64,000 nt of DNA from the human T2T-CHM13v2.0 reference genome, Homo sapiens (GCF_009914755.1 NC_060925.1); one strand, 5' to 3'. Counted from the stretch's first letter, positions 12,961 to 26,870 are shown. Numbers and translations: made by a program. Notes: generated from the sequence alone by a model not told the origin.

Positions 12961-15104
12961 TGATAATGAACCTGAACCTGAAGGTGGGGGTGGGATCATC
13001 TTATCTTACCAGCAGCAGAGGGCCCCTTGTCCAGGAGAAAGGAAGCCTCAGGGATTTCAGAAATTTCCTCTGTCCGGTAGCTTTGGTCTTATTCTCCCCA
13101 CTGAAAAGAAGTAGGTTCTCTTATTTATAACTCCAGAACTGTGGAATCTCTGGTCTGATTGACCTACGTAGATTGCACGTGCTGATAAGGAATGAAAATC
13201 CAAGCAAGCATAGACCAGCTTGGCCTCTTTCCAGTAAGGGCCTGCCGTGGGTTGGTGCTTAATTGCCCCTGGTGTCTATTATGGACTGGTTGGAGAGTGA
13301 CCAATAGCTTAAATGGAGGAGTGTGCTGGGGGCTGGCACCAGCCAGACACCTTGGGTGGGACTGTGAGGGCCAAGGCTATTTCCTGATTAGAACACCCTC
13401 TTGTCCCCCACCGGCCCCTGACCCCTCCATCTCAGGGAAGCAGATAAACTGAGGTGCAAGGGTGACAGGAAGATTGCTAAGCAGTTTGCAGCTGAACTGT
13501 GGAAGCAGAAGCAGACATGCAAAGGCAACCATGGCCCAGAGAAGTGACATGGCAGCTACAAAATGGCCAAACCCAAACTAGACCCATTCCTTCGGTTCTA
13601 AGTCCAGAATCCTTCCCATGGCATCCTCTGCTTTCACCTCTCCAAAGGGGACATGTATATTTGCTCTTCACACCCTGCCCTTCCTGCTCATTCATTCCCT
13701 TCTCTAAATGCTGAGGATGCCTTACCCAGGCTTCAGGGTGATCACATCTGTAACGTAAGTTACTAGAAAAAAGTGCTCACAAGCCATCAGTGTTGACTTA
13801 CGTTATTTTTATAATTAAATATGTACATATATAAAACTAGGTGTAAATTCCTAAACCATATAACTCTAAGACTAAAATAAATATACAGATTAAATATCAT
13901 CCAACGATCACAACAATAAAGTTAAGAGTCTCTAATCTAACTTAATGAAGGAGGTGGTTTCGCTGAAAGATGATTGCCTCTCATAAAATGACGGCCATAG
14001 TTCAAGTTCTTCAGCATCCAGCTCGCCACATACTATGTACTAGTCAGCTCCATTTTAGTAACTGCAAAAGTGCGGTACAGTAATATCACGTGGCCTTCAC
14101 ATGGAACAAACTCATTATTTCTGTATTGCATCTGCCCCTGTGCTTTACTCAGTTGTTCATGCCAATGAAAGTGCTGCTACTTATTGCCAAATGCCAAGGA
14201 CAGGTTTGAAGTGCAGTCCTGAATTGTAAGATGTCATCTGGAATTCAGATAATGTTTATACTTTAACTTAGCATAGTAATGAGAACAATGAATATAAAGA
14301 TTCTCCATGAAAAGCTCATGGATCCCTTAGAATATGTTTACGGGTGGCTGTTTTGTCCCGGGACTTTGGAGGAGAAAAAGAAAAGCTCTTTGTGAGATGG
14401 CAGGTGGGGATTTTGCTCCACACTGCTCCCTCATGGTGGCCTCCTCCTCAACCACACAGTTGCTAGTATCTACCTACCCAGCATAGTTCTAGAGGCGTGT
14501 CAGTCAGTGCCTAAGACGGGAAGGGGAGAGAGGATAGCAACAGGGAATCTTGACATGGCTGGGCTGAGCGTCTTGGGCAACAGGATGAGAATGTGGGTGA
14601 GGTAACTTAGGTCTTGGTTAAGTCTGAGTTCTTTATCTCACATGCTCCTCCTTCTTTGCCTCCCACAGCCACTTCTACAGGTACCATGGCTATTGTTGAA
14701 AAGTGGCACAGTGTCAGTCCTTGAGGAGGAGTCTCAGACCCTGGGAGGGGGGATGTAGCCCCTCTCAGAGTCAGTGATTGGGACTCCCAAGGCAGGAGCA
14801 GCAAATGGAGTGGGCCCACAGGAGGTGGGCTGCCCCTGGGCTCCCTCCGAAGCTGGAGACGGGATGCCTGCCCCAGGAGCAGGCTTTGGACTGCAAGGCC
14901 ATCTGGAGAGCTCAGGATTCTCCAGCCCCCATCTCTGCCCATGTTAAACTGTTGGCCTCGGCCCTGGTAACGTCACCAGCATTCACAGTAGCTTCAGGAG
15001 GCTCTTTTCAAATACCTAAGGGCTGGAATCATAGGCTCTTCACTACATGTCCCCTCTCAAGATAGCAAAATCCTACCCTTTCATAAAGACCCTGCTAAAA
15101 TGCT

Positions 15105-15300
15105 GTTTGGAATCACACAGACCAGCATTCAAATCCAAGTTCTACCACTTACTCATTGAGCCATGTTTCTTAATGCTTCTGGGTCTCTCTTACCACTAAA
15201 GTGAAAGTAATAGTGCCTTTTGCTCAGACTTACGGTGAGAACAAAATAAGATAAGGTTTTTAAGATGCACAACCCAATGCCTGGCACATGAGGCTTTTGA
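15105..15300 (+). mobile_element. MIR
   Basis: ttcaaatccaagttctaccacttact...aatgcctggcacat. Confidence 0.7.
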
Positions 15301-16114
15301 TGATTATAAGGCCCTGGTGCCCTCCTCAGGGCCATGGCAGGTCACGTCCTTGTTGAGTCAAATGCTTTTGAAACCCCCTGGATGTTTACAAGCTTCCATT
15401 CTAGGGCTCTCCAGGGCTAACCGCAACTAGCTATGGCCACACTGCTGGCTCCATGACCTTGCCTACACCAGTCACCATTCATTGGCCCTATCACTGGATC
15501 CTCGGAAGATGCTGCCACTCTTCCCTGAACAAGGACAGTCCTGGGTTTTATACCGTGACTTTCATTTTTTTCATCCAGAGGACTTTCCCATGCCCCGAGC
15601 TGCCTGTGTAAGCTGCGTATTTGGCCTCTCTCTGGTGTGTGTTATGCTCCAGCCTGGAGTTGTGGTGAAGCCAGGAGCTATTCTGAGATCTTTCCACTAT
15701 TTCAGGCTCTAGCTTAGATGTGGGGAGAGAATCCAGCACTCTCTGCCCATGTCTCAGCCACAGCTTCCAAGACTGGTCCTTTTATGTTTCTGACACCCTG
15801 AGATCTAAAATAGCCCTGACCTGGAGGTGGTGCCTGGGACCAGCTCAGATGTAGCAGCGACATGCACGTGCCATCCAGCCTGCAGCTAGGCTACAGAGAG
15901 TTCTGGAAGAGTCAGGTCTTGGGGGGGTGGGGAGAACTGAGCTCCAGAGAAGCTGCCAGGGTTACACCCTCACTCCACAAGCTGGCAGGCTTTTGGGGGC
16001 TGGGGGCCGCTCCATGTGGAGCAGCAGCTGCTTCCAGTCCTGGCCAGATAAAGGGGGAGTGCATTTTCTGCCTGCTGACTTCTCAGGTTGTATACCTCTT
16101 CTTGGGCTAGCTAG

Positions 16115-16540
16115 CATTCATTCATCTATTCCACATATTACTGAGTGCCTGCTATATGCCAGTCACTGTTTAGGCTCTGCGGTATAACTGTGGTCAAAAC
16201 AGACAAAAATCCTTGCTCTTGTGGAGCTTACAAGTAACAAAAATCATAATAAATAAATTGAATTGGTCAGTCTAGCTTGCAAAGCACTTCTCCATGCCAT
16301 TTCTTGGTAGAACATCCAATTGAATACTCCGTGCTAACACAATGTGTGTGGTTCTCCGCTTGGTTGTCCTCAGTTCATCCTTCCAGCAATCCCCTGAGTT
16401 AGACAGCACTCCATTTTACTGACAAGGGAACAAAGACTCCAGAAGAGACAGTAAATTCTGTGAGGTCCACACAGCCAGGAAGTGAATCTTAACCCAAATA
16501 TGTCTGACTTGAGGGCCCAAGCAAGATCTTAACCACTGTG
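16115..16540 (-). mobile_element. L2 fragment (16115-16250) plus MIR (16270-16540)
   Basis: cattcattc..ttactgagtgcctgctatatgccag; cattttactgacaagggaac...cacacagccaggaagtg. Confidence 0.6.
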
Positions 16541-18084
16541 CACAGAGAAGCTGGTGGCACCCACTTGCAAATATAGAGGCTCAGTGAGATGCAGAGTTTG
16601 GAGAAGGCAAGTTCGTCTGTTGTTCCAAGGAATGATGAAACTTCACAGGTAGAAGAAAGTTAACTTGGAGGTTGCCAAAAACAGGACTCCTTCTACCTCA
16701 GCCTGGGTGGATGAAGAACTGGACACTGCTGAGGCACTTTTGGGCTCTAGGGCACTTCCTGCATGTGGGGCAGCCAATACCAGGGCTGAACACTGTGATG
16801 ACTTGATGGTCCTTCCTGTTTTAGGAGGAACTCTCTGCTCCAACCTGTCCACCTGGCAGGCCCCTCGGGGACTCCCTTCCTTCAAACAACCCTACGCAAC
16901 TTGGCTCTGATTTGCTTCTTTGTCACCCCAGTAAACAGCATACCTCAGAGAGGGCGCAGCTGCCTCCTCTGCATTCTCACAGCTTCCAGCCGCACATTTG
17001 ACACAGTGCTTATCTCCCTGTGTGGGAACATCCCTGCCTCATGCCTGCCTGTGCCACTCCACAGCACAGTGCTGGCACATGCGAGGTGCTCAGCCCATGG
17101 TTACTGAGTGGCTGATGAAGGAATGGATAATATCTAGCCATTTTCAGTTGCATGGAGAGACTGGGCCAGTTATTCTTTGGCTGCAGCTGCCTCAAAAAGA
17201 GAAATGGTCCTCTTTCCTCTTTCCTACAGTCTGGGTCATGATATTAATGTGGCCTGTGGCTTTCAACAAATATTTGTGGCTTCAGAGTCTCCTTGTTTGA
17301 AGGCATTTCTGGAGGCTTTGGCTGGCACTATAATTCCTGAACTGACAATTGGTGTGAGATGGCTGGAGGCTGAAGGAAGCTGGGATGTTGTGGTGTCTTA
17401 ATCATAAACTGCCCGACCACCAAAGAAATGGATCATTTCTGGGAGGTCTAGAAGGACATACAATGAGATCCCTTAATGCCATGGAAGATGCCAGGACAAT
17501 GCACATGTCCATGGTTCTGTGGCTGGGTCCTTCTTCTCTGAAGCTGCTGCTGTCCCAGAAGATCAACCTGTGACAATCCACAGCCTGCCTGTCATTTGGA
17601 TGGCCCCTGCAATCAGCTCTCCAGGAAGGTTTTTCTATGTTTTTCTGACTGCTTCTGTTGTTAAAAGATCTACAGGGTCCCACAAGATTACTGTTCAAAT
17701 GGCTCTCCAGGGACCCTCCCTTAGCATGGAACTTCTTGCCACAAAGGGAAAATAACCGAGCAAAAAATACCTATGGATTCCTCAACACCTGACTTTGGTT
17801 GGGTAATCTTTCTTTAAATCGCTATTCCTTCCCAACCCAATAAAATCCTACTTTTTATCTACAGTGCCTACTTTAGGTTAATCCCCATTTAACTTGTGGC
17901 CTGAGGGCCAAATAAGGCAAACAGATTTTTTTTTTTTTTTTTTTTTTTTTTAGTTTAGAACAGGATTTTTAGAAAAACAATGTTTTAAGGCAGGGTATGC
18001 ATTTTCCAATTGTCACAGTTGCTACCAGCCTCTGCCACATTGTACAGAGAGTGTGAGAAGCACTGCAGTGATTGCTGGTGTGGT

Positions 18085-18620
18085 GTGAGGCCAGACCTCA
18101 TGGGTCTGAGTTCAGGAAGCTCCCTCTTACTAGCTGTGCACCTTGACCTCTCTGTACTCCAGCTTCATCTATAAAATGGGCATCATCATTGTCATTATCA
18201 TTATCATCATCATGGTACCTGTCTCACAGGTTCGTTGGGAGGATTAATACATCCAAGTGTTTAGGGTATACAATGAATATTTATTTGGATGCTTGCTGTA
18301 AGCCAGGCCATATTAGGGACAGGGGATACATGAGGGAACAAAACAGACAAATCTCTGCCCTTATGGCACCTATAGCCTGGTGGAGGCATGGGAGAGACAG
18401 ATTATTTAGTAAGCATCGTGATAAACGCTACGGAAAAAGACGAAGCAGGAAAGTAAGGGGACAGTGCTTGGGTGCAGTTAAAATAGGGTGGTCGGGGGGC
18501 CTCACTGAGGAGATGACCCTCCAGGAAAGACTGGAGGGAGGTGAAGAGTGAGCCACCTGGAGAAACCAGGGAGGAAGTGTGTTGAGCCAGATGGAACAGC
18601 AGCCACAAAAGTTTCGAGAC
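18085..18620. mobile_element. MIR (+, 18085-18270) abutting L2 (-, 18272-18620)
   Basis: cttactagctgtg..ataaaatggg; then gaatatttat..acaaaacagacaaatctctgcccttatgg..ctcactgaggagatgac. Confidence 0.7.
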
Positions 18621-20014
18621 AGCCCATCATGTTGGAGAAAATGTCAACTATTTTGTTGTGACCTGCGAGGTCCCCAAAGGCATTTGAGTTTATGACAGTG
18701 CTATCAACTTTTGTTGAAAGTGGCTGTGGAAACTGATCTTGTGACTCTGGTCTTGATTGGCTAAAGGCTGAGGGCACACAGAGAGAGCATGAGCAGTGCA
18801 AGAGAGACAGTCGAGAGTCGAGCATCTCCTCTTCTTGAAGGCAGAGACCATGGCCCCCAGCCTGTGCTCGGCTGATACCATCTATAACTGTTAGTGCGTA
18901 TGTGTGTGTGTATGCTTGAAGGCAATCTTGTCCTGGCCTGCAGGGGCTGGAAGAGAGTAAAGAATAGTGATGGAGAGGGATGGGGTTGAAATAAATCAAA
19001 GACATCAGGAGGCTTTGTTTTAGGGCCCCATGTTTCTAGTGGTGCTGATGATTCTAGGCCAACAGTTGGTAGCTTTAAAGGGAGTTTTGTTTCCAGGTCA
19101 TTAGAAGCAGTCAATTGGTTTAACTGCAAGGCCAGCTCCTAATTTGATGCACATCTAAGCAGATTGGAGACATTTTTGCCAGAGTTGCTATTTTAGCAGG
19201 CAACAATTTGTGTGCCCACCAGGAAACCAGGTTTGGTATGAAAATAGAGACTTCCCCTGGCATCTAACATTCAGGAGTCAGCAGTAGCTGGCTTTCTAAC
19301 CGTGTTGCTTCTTGTGTGGAAAACAAGGCTGAAAAATGGGTGGGGAGAGAACGGTGGCTGCCAAGGACATGTGCTATTTACAGACACGAGGAAGAATAAC
19401 ACTCTGGTTGAGCTGTCAAGTAAAATGAGGATAACAACACCTGCCTCACGTGGTTATGGTCAGGATTACATGGGATGGCCTACATAAAAGTGCCAGGCAC
19501 ATCACAGGTGTAGGGAAATATCAGTTCCTTTCTTTGTCTCCTCTGGACCCCACAAGACAGCTCCCTGGAGACGATTTTCTCCCTTCCACTAAATCAGGAT
19601 AGAGAAGAGGGTTTCCTCCCTGTGAGATGTAAGCCCTGGGGGGTAAAGTATGGAGAGAAGAAATCCAGCAGGAGGCAACAGTGGGGTATGTGGAGTCCTT
19701 AGATAGGCCACTGTCTAAGGCAGGCAGCTGGACCCCATCCTGAGAATGAAACTGTCATGGGAGCTGCAGGTGGGTACAGCCGCCCCAGCCCTCCTAGGGG
19801 TGCTCTCTGCCCACTGCTGGTTGGCCCCACCAAGTGCAGGCAGCACAGTGAAACCAGACACAGCACAGTCTCAAGTATGCAACTGCCAGGTATGACAATC
19901 ACAAGTCACAGCTGGCAGGTGGATTGGTGTGATGGCTGCTCATGTTTTCTGATCTCTCAATTTTGTTCTTGTTTTCAAAAAGTAACCCAGCAGGTTTAAG
20001 GTTCACACAACCTG

Positions 20015-20480
20015 TGTAACTTTGATTGCAAATACCAAGACCTCACCTCAATAAGCAAAACAAGGAATTTATTCGTCTAAGAATCCTGACATGTAGAACA
20101 ACCAAGCCTCAAGGATGTGGCTAGAACAAGAGACTCAGATGCCACCTATTATTTTGTTCTGTTTATCTCTGCCTGTCCCTTCATCACTGCAATCCAGCTT
20201 TCTGGAAACATGACTGGCCATAGCTTCCACTATGAGAGGGAGTCTGACCTTGATTTCCTCAAGGTCCGGTTAAAAATTCCTGGGGAAGTTCATTGGTTCA
20301 GCATGAGTCAGAGACCATCCCTGGGTCAGTTAGCTGGGGGGGTGGGGACATGCAAGAATCAGGACACTCTTGCCTTGCTATGGGGCTGAGAGCAGGCGGG
20401 GTAGACAGTTCTATGGATGTCCACAGCTTATATCTAACCTGGACATCAGATGTTTTACAAGTGTTAGTAGCCACCTAAGG
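20015..20480 (-). mobile_element. MLT1K/L-like LTR
   Basis: ctttgattgcaaata..aagcaaaacaaggaatttatt..cattggttcagcatgagtca. Confidence 0.5.
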
Positions 20481-21478
20481 GCTGATGTCACTGTCACTTC
20501 TTCAGCAGGGCACAACCCACATCTTTAGATGGCTGGAAAAAGATCCTGGGCTAGGAGGCTTCCTGGGGGAGAAGGGAGGTGTGGGGCTCCAGGTGCACAG
20601 GGAGCCTCCCCTTCAGGTGTCTTTTTACTCCTGTCCCTCCCAGTGTCCCACTCACACACCCCACTCTGTTGTGCCAGGTGTTCCTGTGGGTCGTCCTTGC
20701 AGAGTGAGCAGCAGAGCATTGGTGTGTGCTCGCATTTCAGACGCTTTGGCTGGCAGAGTTCTTTCCCTGCTATTCCATTCCCATGCCACCCTTCCTCCTC
20801 TACCAGTATGTCCTTCCTTGTGGAAAAATAGCTCTTCTAGTAGTAGAAACTGATCCTGGGTCTAAGGGCAAAAGGGGCAGAAGGGAGGTTTATTGGAATG
20901 ATTCTGGAGTATCTCACAACCCAAGGGGGCTGTGGGAAGGTCAGAGCAGGGCCGCTGTAGGGCCTCTATGGTGGGAGTTCACGGACTCTATGGTGCTGCT
21001 GATCACACGACTCAGCTTCCACTGAGTCCAGCCCCTTGCTGCTCAGAGCCATGCTTCACCTTCCTGGGGAGGGAGTCGAGGGGCCCCAGTTTGGTCAGTT
21101 ATGTGCCCTGGATCAGCCAGCTAGTGAGATGTCTGGCATATTAGATACCTGAAGTGAATAATTTTGTAACACCTCCCCAACAAAGTTATTTTCATTGATA
21201 ATCATGAAATACAGTTAATGTATGCATCAATATAGCTGATGATGATGCCAAGAAAGAAATGCAAACAGTGAAAAAACAATTTATTAAACTGTGTATATAC
21301 AGTGATGCTAATAAAATATAAATAAACAATATGATACAAAATAATTATTACAGTATAATAAAGGGAAAAGTAATGAAATAATACTTTTATTACATTAATT
21401 TTTTGGAGAAAAAATAAATTTAGACTTGTGTACTGGTCTGTCACAGTAATGAATGATAATATATCACAATTTTCATTT

Positions 21479-21681
21479 TCAGGCTGTAACTTTTGCAAAC
21501 TTGTAAATAATTTTATCAAAATTAATCTTTGCATATTTATCCTCAATAGTCAATATAATAAGGTATGTCACGCTATCTTTGCTCATACTTCTTATTAATT
21601 TTAATTAAAAAAATTCATCTGAAGTAACATATAAGTAAATAGAAAAAGTTTTAAACAGAAGGATAAGTTTAGCAGAGACTC
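21479..21681 (-). pseudogene. Fossil hAT transposase C-terminal dimerization domain
   Basis: Manual translation ESLLNLSFCLKLFL../..VTSDEFF*LKLIRSMSKDSVTYLIILTIEDKYAKINFDKIIYKFAKV resembles the hATC ERSFSKLK..STM..RL..L.IE motif; frameshifted and contains a stop. Confidence 0.75.
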
Positions 21682-22007
21682 ACAAAAATCTCATTTTACA
21701 AGAAGTTCTAGAAATTACAATGCCATCCATGTTTTCATGTCTCAGGGAATGAGTCTAGTAGCTTTCAAATGCTGACACAGTTGAAAAATTTCTAAAAAAA
21801 TTAGAAAATTCATCGTTTAAAAAATTGTAATATCTCTTTTATATGTATCAAAACCCTTACTAAACAATGAGTTCTGGGTTGCAAAAGAGGATTTATTTTT
21901 TGCACTTCTCTATAAGTCTTTGTTCACAGTTAAACAAAAACACAAGTGCAGTCATATGTTTTATTATTATTAGTTAAAACTTCCAAAATTTTTGTTGTAC
22001 AAAAATT

Positions 22008-23039
22008 AGAGTTACAAACAACTTAACAGCAACCTCTCCCCGCACCAAATAATCCCATTAAAAATGGGCAAAAGACCCAAATAGACATTTCTCAAAAGAA
22101 GACATACAAATGGCCAACAGGTATTTGAAAAAAGGTTCAACATCACTAATCATCAGGGAAACCCAAATCAAAACCACAATGAGACACCACCTCACCTCAG
22201 TTAGAATGGCTATTATAAAAAAAGACAAAAAATAACAAATATGGATGAGGATGCAGAGAAAAGGGAACTCTTATACACTGTGAGTAGAAATGTAAATTAG
22301 TATAGCCACTATGGAAAATGGTATGGAGTTTACTCAAAAAACTAAAAATAGTACTACCATACAATCCAGCATTCCTACTACTGGGTATTTAGCCAAAAGA
22401 AAGCAAATCCAAAAGAAAGTATATCAAAAGGATACCAGCGCACCATGTGTATTCTAGCACTATTCACAAAAGCCAAGATATGGAATCAATGTAAGTGTTT
22501 ATTGATGAATGAAGGGGTAAAAGAAAATGTGGTATATATATACAATGAAATGCTATTCAGCCATAAAAAGGAATGAAATCCTGTCATTTGCAGCCACATG
22601 GATGGAACTGGAGGTCAACATATTAAGTGAAATAAGCCAGGCACAGAAAGACAAATATTTCGTGTTCTCACTCATCTGTGGAAGCTAAAAAAGTTGATCT
22701 TACGGAGGTAGAGAGTAGAATGATGGTTACCAGAAGTTGGGAAGGGATGTTCAGGGGGAATGAAGAAAGGTTGGTTAATGAGTGTGAACATGTAGTTAGA
22801 TAGAAGGAATAAGTTCTAGTGTTCAATAGTTCTGTAGGGTGACTATAGTTAATACTAATTTATTGTATATTTTAAAATAGCTAGAAGAGAAGATGCGAAA
22901 TAGTCCCAACATAAAGAAATGATACATTTTTGAGGTAATGAATATCTTAAATACCCTAATTTGATCATTACATATTGTATGCATGTATCAAAATATCACA
23001 TGTACCCAATAAATATGTACAGTTATGTTTCAATAAAAA
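22008..23039 (+). mobile_element. L1MA (MA4-7-like), 5'-truncated
   Basis: ORF2 C-terminus (gacatttctcaaaagaagacatacaaatggcc) plus L1MA 3' UTR (gatagaaggaataagttctagtgttc...cacatgtacccaataaatatgtac). Confidence 0.9.
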
Positions 23040-23904
23040 TATCAGCATTCATGTCTGAATATTAGCAAATACTAACATTATTCTACCCATTGCTTTATAT
23101 CAGGTGTCCAGTTCTTGGTGATAATGATCAAGACATTTATACATTGCTCTTTTGATTTTTGCTGGCAGCATAAGACCAGCATCTTTTGTCATTTCTCCTG
23201 GCATTCACAGAATGATGGAATCAAAGTAACTCAAATTCTGTTCCTTAACTTCTCTAATCACTAATATTATTGTTATTTTGAATCTACTGTCTAGATGCAG
23301 GGGTATGTGGCACCATGGGGTTGGGCACGTGAAGTCAGCTTGAATGATTTTCAAACTGTCAGGAACTTATTCAAAACAAATGTGTGTGGCTGAGTTCGTG
23401 TGTATTGGGGCGTGACTGTATAACTGGGAGTTTGAATTAACTTCTAAGTAGAATGCAAGCTATAAAGGATAAGTAATAAAAAAGTGCTAATTTGAAGCTT
23501 ACATGCATATTATTAAAACTCAGTAGTAACAAAGCAATGGTTTAGAACTTAGACCCACAAAAGCTTTTATTTGGGAAGGAGTGCTTTATCACTGACATTG
23601 TTTGGAATTGCCGGCACATGGTGATAATAAAAAGCAGACTGACTTCTAGTTGGCTTTATTATTGTTTATAAATTCTCTACAGATTTCTTTATTGCCTTCC
23701 CCCAGGCAGACTGCTTTCCTTGCCCAGCCTTTGGTACACCACTGCATCCAGCTATTGTGGTGGGAGCAGAGGATGCCACATAATACAGAAAAAGGCTTCA
23801 TGGGCTCATTCTGAGTTTCAGAGACTGTACTCAGAGAAGAGGGCATCAGGTACCAGCTCCATGTGGTGACTATTACATTTTCCTTTTTAGCTGCTTAGCA
23901 TTAA

Positions 23905-23910
<6 letters not shown>

Positions 23911-23948
<38 letters not shown>
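23911..23948. repeat. (AC)19 microsatellite
   Basis: Perfect AC repeat. Confidence 0.95.
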
Positions 23949-23950
<2 letters not shown>

Positions 23951-25102
23951 TACACTTCATCCCATATGTCCCAAGATGCTCCTATTCAACATGACCTGAT
24001 AACCACAAATGCAATGAACTACAGTGCAAAGTCACACCAACTACTGAATCCAAGGTTACACCACAGAGCCATTTTTTTCTAAATCTAGATAGCTGGGTAG
24101 TCTTCATTCCTTTTTTAGTTATATTGAGATCCCATCTGATATTCATCAGGCTATGGATTACTTAGTAAATGAAACCGCTAATAACACACCCTATCCTCAA
24201 AATCTATGCCAACAGAATATCCCCAGTCTTAATGATATTCCTTAGCTAGTCTCTGTGTATAACTTCTTTCTTCTCTGCATTGATTCTGCATAACCCCATC
24301 TAGTCCAGGAAGAGTTCAAATGCTGGCCGTACAGTGGGCATTGCTGAACAGAGGGAGCCCAGTGGGCTGGATTGTTAGTTTCTTCTGGTTGGTGGGAATG
24401 GTGGTGCAATGTGGGAACATTTCAGAGAGGCCAGAAGGCTTTCCCCAGTTCCTCTGACTCCTCCCATGGTATCTCAGTTTCCATCTCTAGGATTTTACTC
24501 TTTCCTGATCATGCTGTATCTACATATGAAACCTAGTTTATACATGCAAGTGGAGGTATAATTCAATACCTTAAAACATCAATTTCTAAATTTGGTTTTT
24601 TGTTATTTCAGGCTAGTAGCTAGTGGGATCATATTAAGACTTTGACTTTGATTTTACGCCTATAGGAGAGACTTACAGGACTAAGTTTGCTGTTCTTTTA
24701 CATTAGGTTATCCTGATACACTCAAAACAACCATCTAACCTGTGGTCTCAGCTTGTCTCCTTTCTTTCAAATTGCTTATGGTGCCAGCTACTGGGTCCCC
24801 CAATACCTTTTTCCCAGTTTCTAGTTGACCACAAGAAATTCATTTATTGCTGTTTTGCTACTTTTTAGCAAGCATTCCTAATTTCATATCTCCAAATATA
24901 GAGTAGATTACTGCCTTCCTTCACTTCCACCTCAATAAAATGACCCATTACATTTTTCTTGAAGGTCTAGAATTCACAGCATACTCTCTAGAAACAATTC
25001 ATAAATTATTTATTTTTCCTCTTATTTGAAAACATTAGATACTGACTCTAGTTGGTTTTGGCAAAAAATAATGAGGCGAGGACATTTATTGAAAAAAATA
25101 TA

Positions 25103-25404
25103 GGCTAGGCACAGTGGCTTACACCTGTAATCCCAGCACTTTGAGATGCCAAGGCAGGAGGATCACTTGAGGCCAGGTGTTTGAGACCAGACTGGGTAAC
25201 ATAGCAAGACCCTGTCTCTACAAGAATAAAAATTAAAAAATTATCCAAGTATGGCGGTGTGCACCTGTAGTTTCAGCTACGTGCTACTTGGGAGGCTGAG
25301 GCAGCAGTATCACTTGAGCCCAGGAGTTTGAGGTTATAGTGAGCTGTGATTACACCATTGCACTCCACCCTGTGTGACAGAGCAAGATGCTATCTCTAAA
25401 AAAA
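25103..25404 (+). mobile_element. AluJ, probably inserted in an MLT1-like LTR (~25035-25760)
   Basis: aggaggatcacttgagg, gtgagctgtgattacacc and gaccctgtctc J-type features. Confidence 0.9.
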
Positions 25405-26668
25405 GGAATACTAGGGCACCTATAGAGGGCAAATTATTGAATAAGCAACTAACCTGTGGGAAGGACAGAAACCAGGGCCATGCTAAAGGCCTTAGTAGTG
25501 GGAATTTGTGACCCTTCTGTCTGGAACCCTGCTAGTAATGTGAATCAGCCTCAGTGAAAGTCAGGTTTAGTGTTTCTGAGGATAGAATCTGAAGTTGGCC
25601 CAGTTTAGAACTGGCATCTGACTACGGCCAGGGCAGGATTATGCAGTACAGAAAGGGTCTGCTGGGGGATGGAGGTAGTTGTGCAGCCTGTGTATCACAG
25701 GTTGTACCAAGAGAAGGGGCAGTTCTTGTGAGACAGGCAGCTTCCCCAACAAGTATCCACTTCAGTTTGGGAAATGAAGGTTATTTCCTCTGCTTCCTTC
25801 AATCATTTTGTCCTGCAATGTTTACCACTGTCTGTACACACTAGGACGCACTAGATAGCGTCGACTGACTGATTAAAACATTCATTATCTGAAAATAGGA
25901 GATTATTAGACTAGGTTCAAGACCAACATGGCTTTTGGATAGGAAGATACTGGTGATTTGGTAAGGGAGAAAAGAAAACAAGGAGTTGATTCTAAAATCC
26001 AGAAGTGATAATTAACAAAAAAATTATCAATGTGTGTGACTCTGAGGCTTTTCCTGGCATCCTTAGCTCCGAAAGAGCCCTCTGCTCTCTGAACTTCCAC
26101 TCTTCTCACCCACATTGCTCATTTGACTCTGAGCATGGTTATCTGCCGTGCCCTGTACATTCCTACATAGAAGTTCCATCTCCCAAACCACACTACAGGA
26201 TCCCCAGGGAGAGAATCCATGTCTTACATTTATTTTTTTTGAGATTCTCAATATATTTTAGTATCACTTAGGGCAGTTTTTATTCCCTGGCCTCTTGATT
26301 CTCCATTTGTACATGTTTATTTTCACAGGTGAGTTTTAGACTCTCTTTATCATATTAGCATATTCTTACAGTTTTTGTATCTCCAGTACCAAGCTGTTAT
26401 CCCCTCATACACTAAACAGGTAATTAATGTACTTTGCTGAGGACAATATGATAAGCCATACAGAGGGGTTTGTCATAGACATAAATGGGAGAATTAAGTT
26501 TTTCTATTCACACCTTTTTAATTTAAAAAATGTTAACTTGACATAGCAATGACTGTGTAAAATTGATATTCCATTTAGAACAAGATTTAAATCATTACAC
26601 AGGTAGAATTTGTTCTGTTTTTTATTCACCATTAATAAACACCATTAATAAAAACCAATTTCTGGTTT

Positions 26669-26823
26669 CCTTCCCTTCCTTCCTTCCTTCCCTTCTCTCT
26701 TTCTGTCCCCTTCCTTCCTTCCTTTTTTCTTCCTTCCTTCCTTTCGTTTTTCTTCCTTTCTTTCTTCCTTCCTTCCTTCCTTTCTTTCTTCCTTCCTTTC
26801 TTCCTTCCTTCCTTTCTTTCTTC

Positions 26824-26870
<47 letters not shown>

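Larger units (their letters stand above)
21122..23744 (-). mobile_element. Arthur1-type hAT-Tip100 DNA transposon, internally deleted and interrupted by L1MA
   Basis: Right end reverse complement CAGTGGTGTACCAAAGG; 8-bp TSD cagccagc (21114-21121) / catccagc (23745-23752); hAT dimerization-domain remnant on the minus strand. Confidence 0.85.
20800..23860 (-). mobile_element. MLT1-like LTR split by Arthur1 (pieces ~20800-21121 and ~23745-23860)
   Basis: agaaactga..ggtttattgg..tatctcaca..ggccccagtttggtcag continues across the Arthur1 TSD. Confidence 0.45.

Noticed and set aside
17925-17951. Isolated poly-T tracts (also ~27771-27796) as possible retrocopy tails
   Set aside because: No adjacent recognisable retroposed body or TSD
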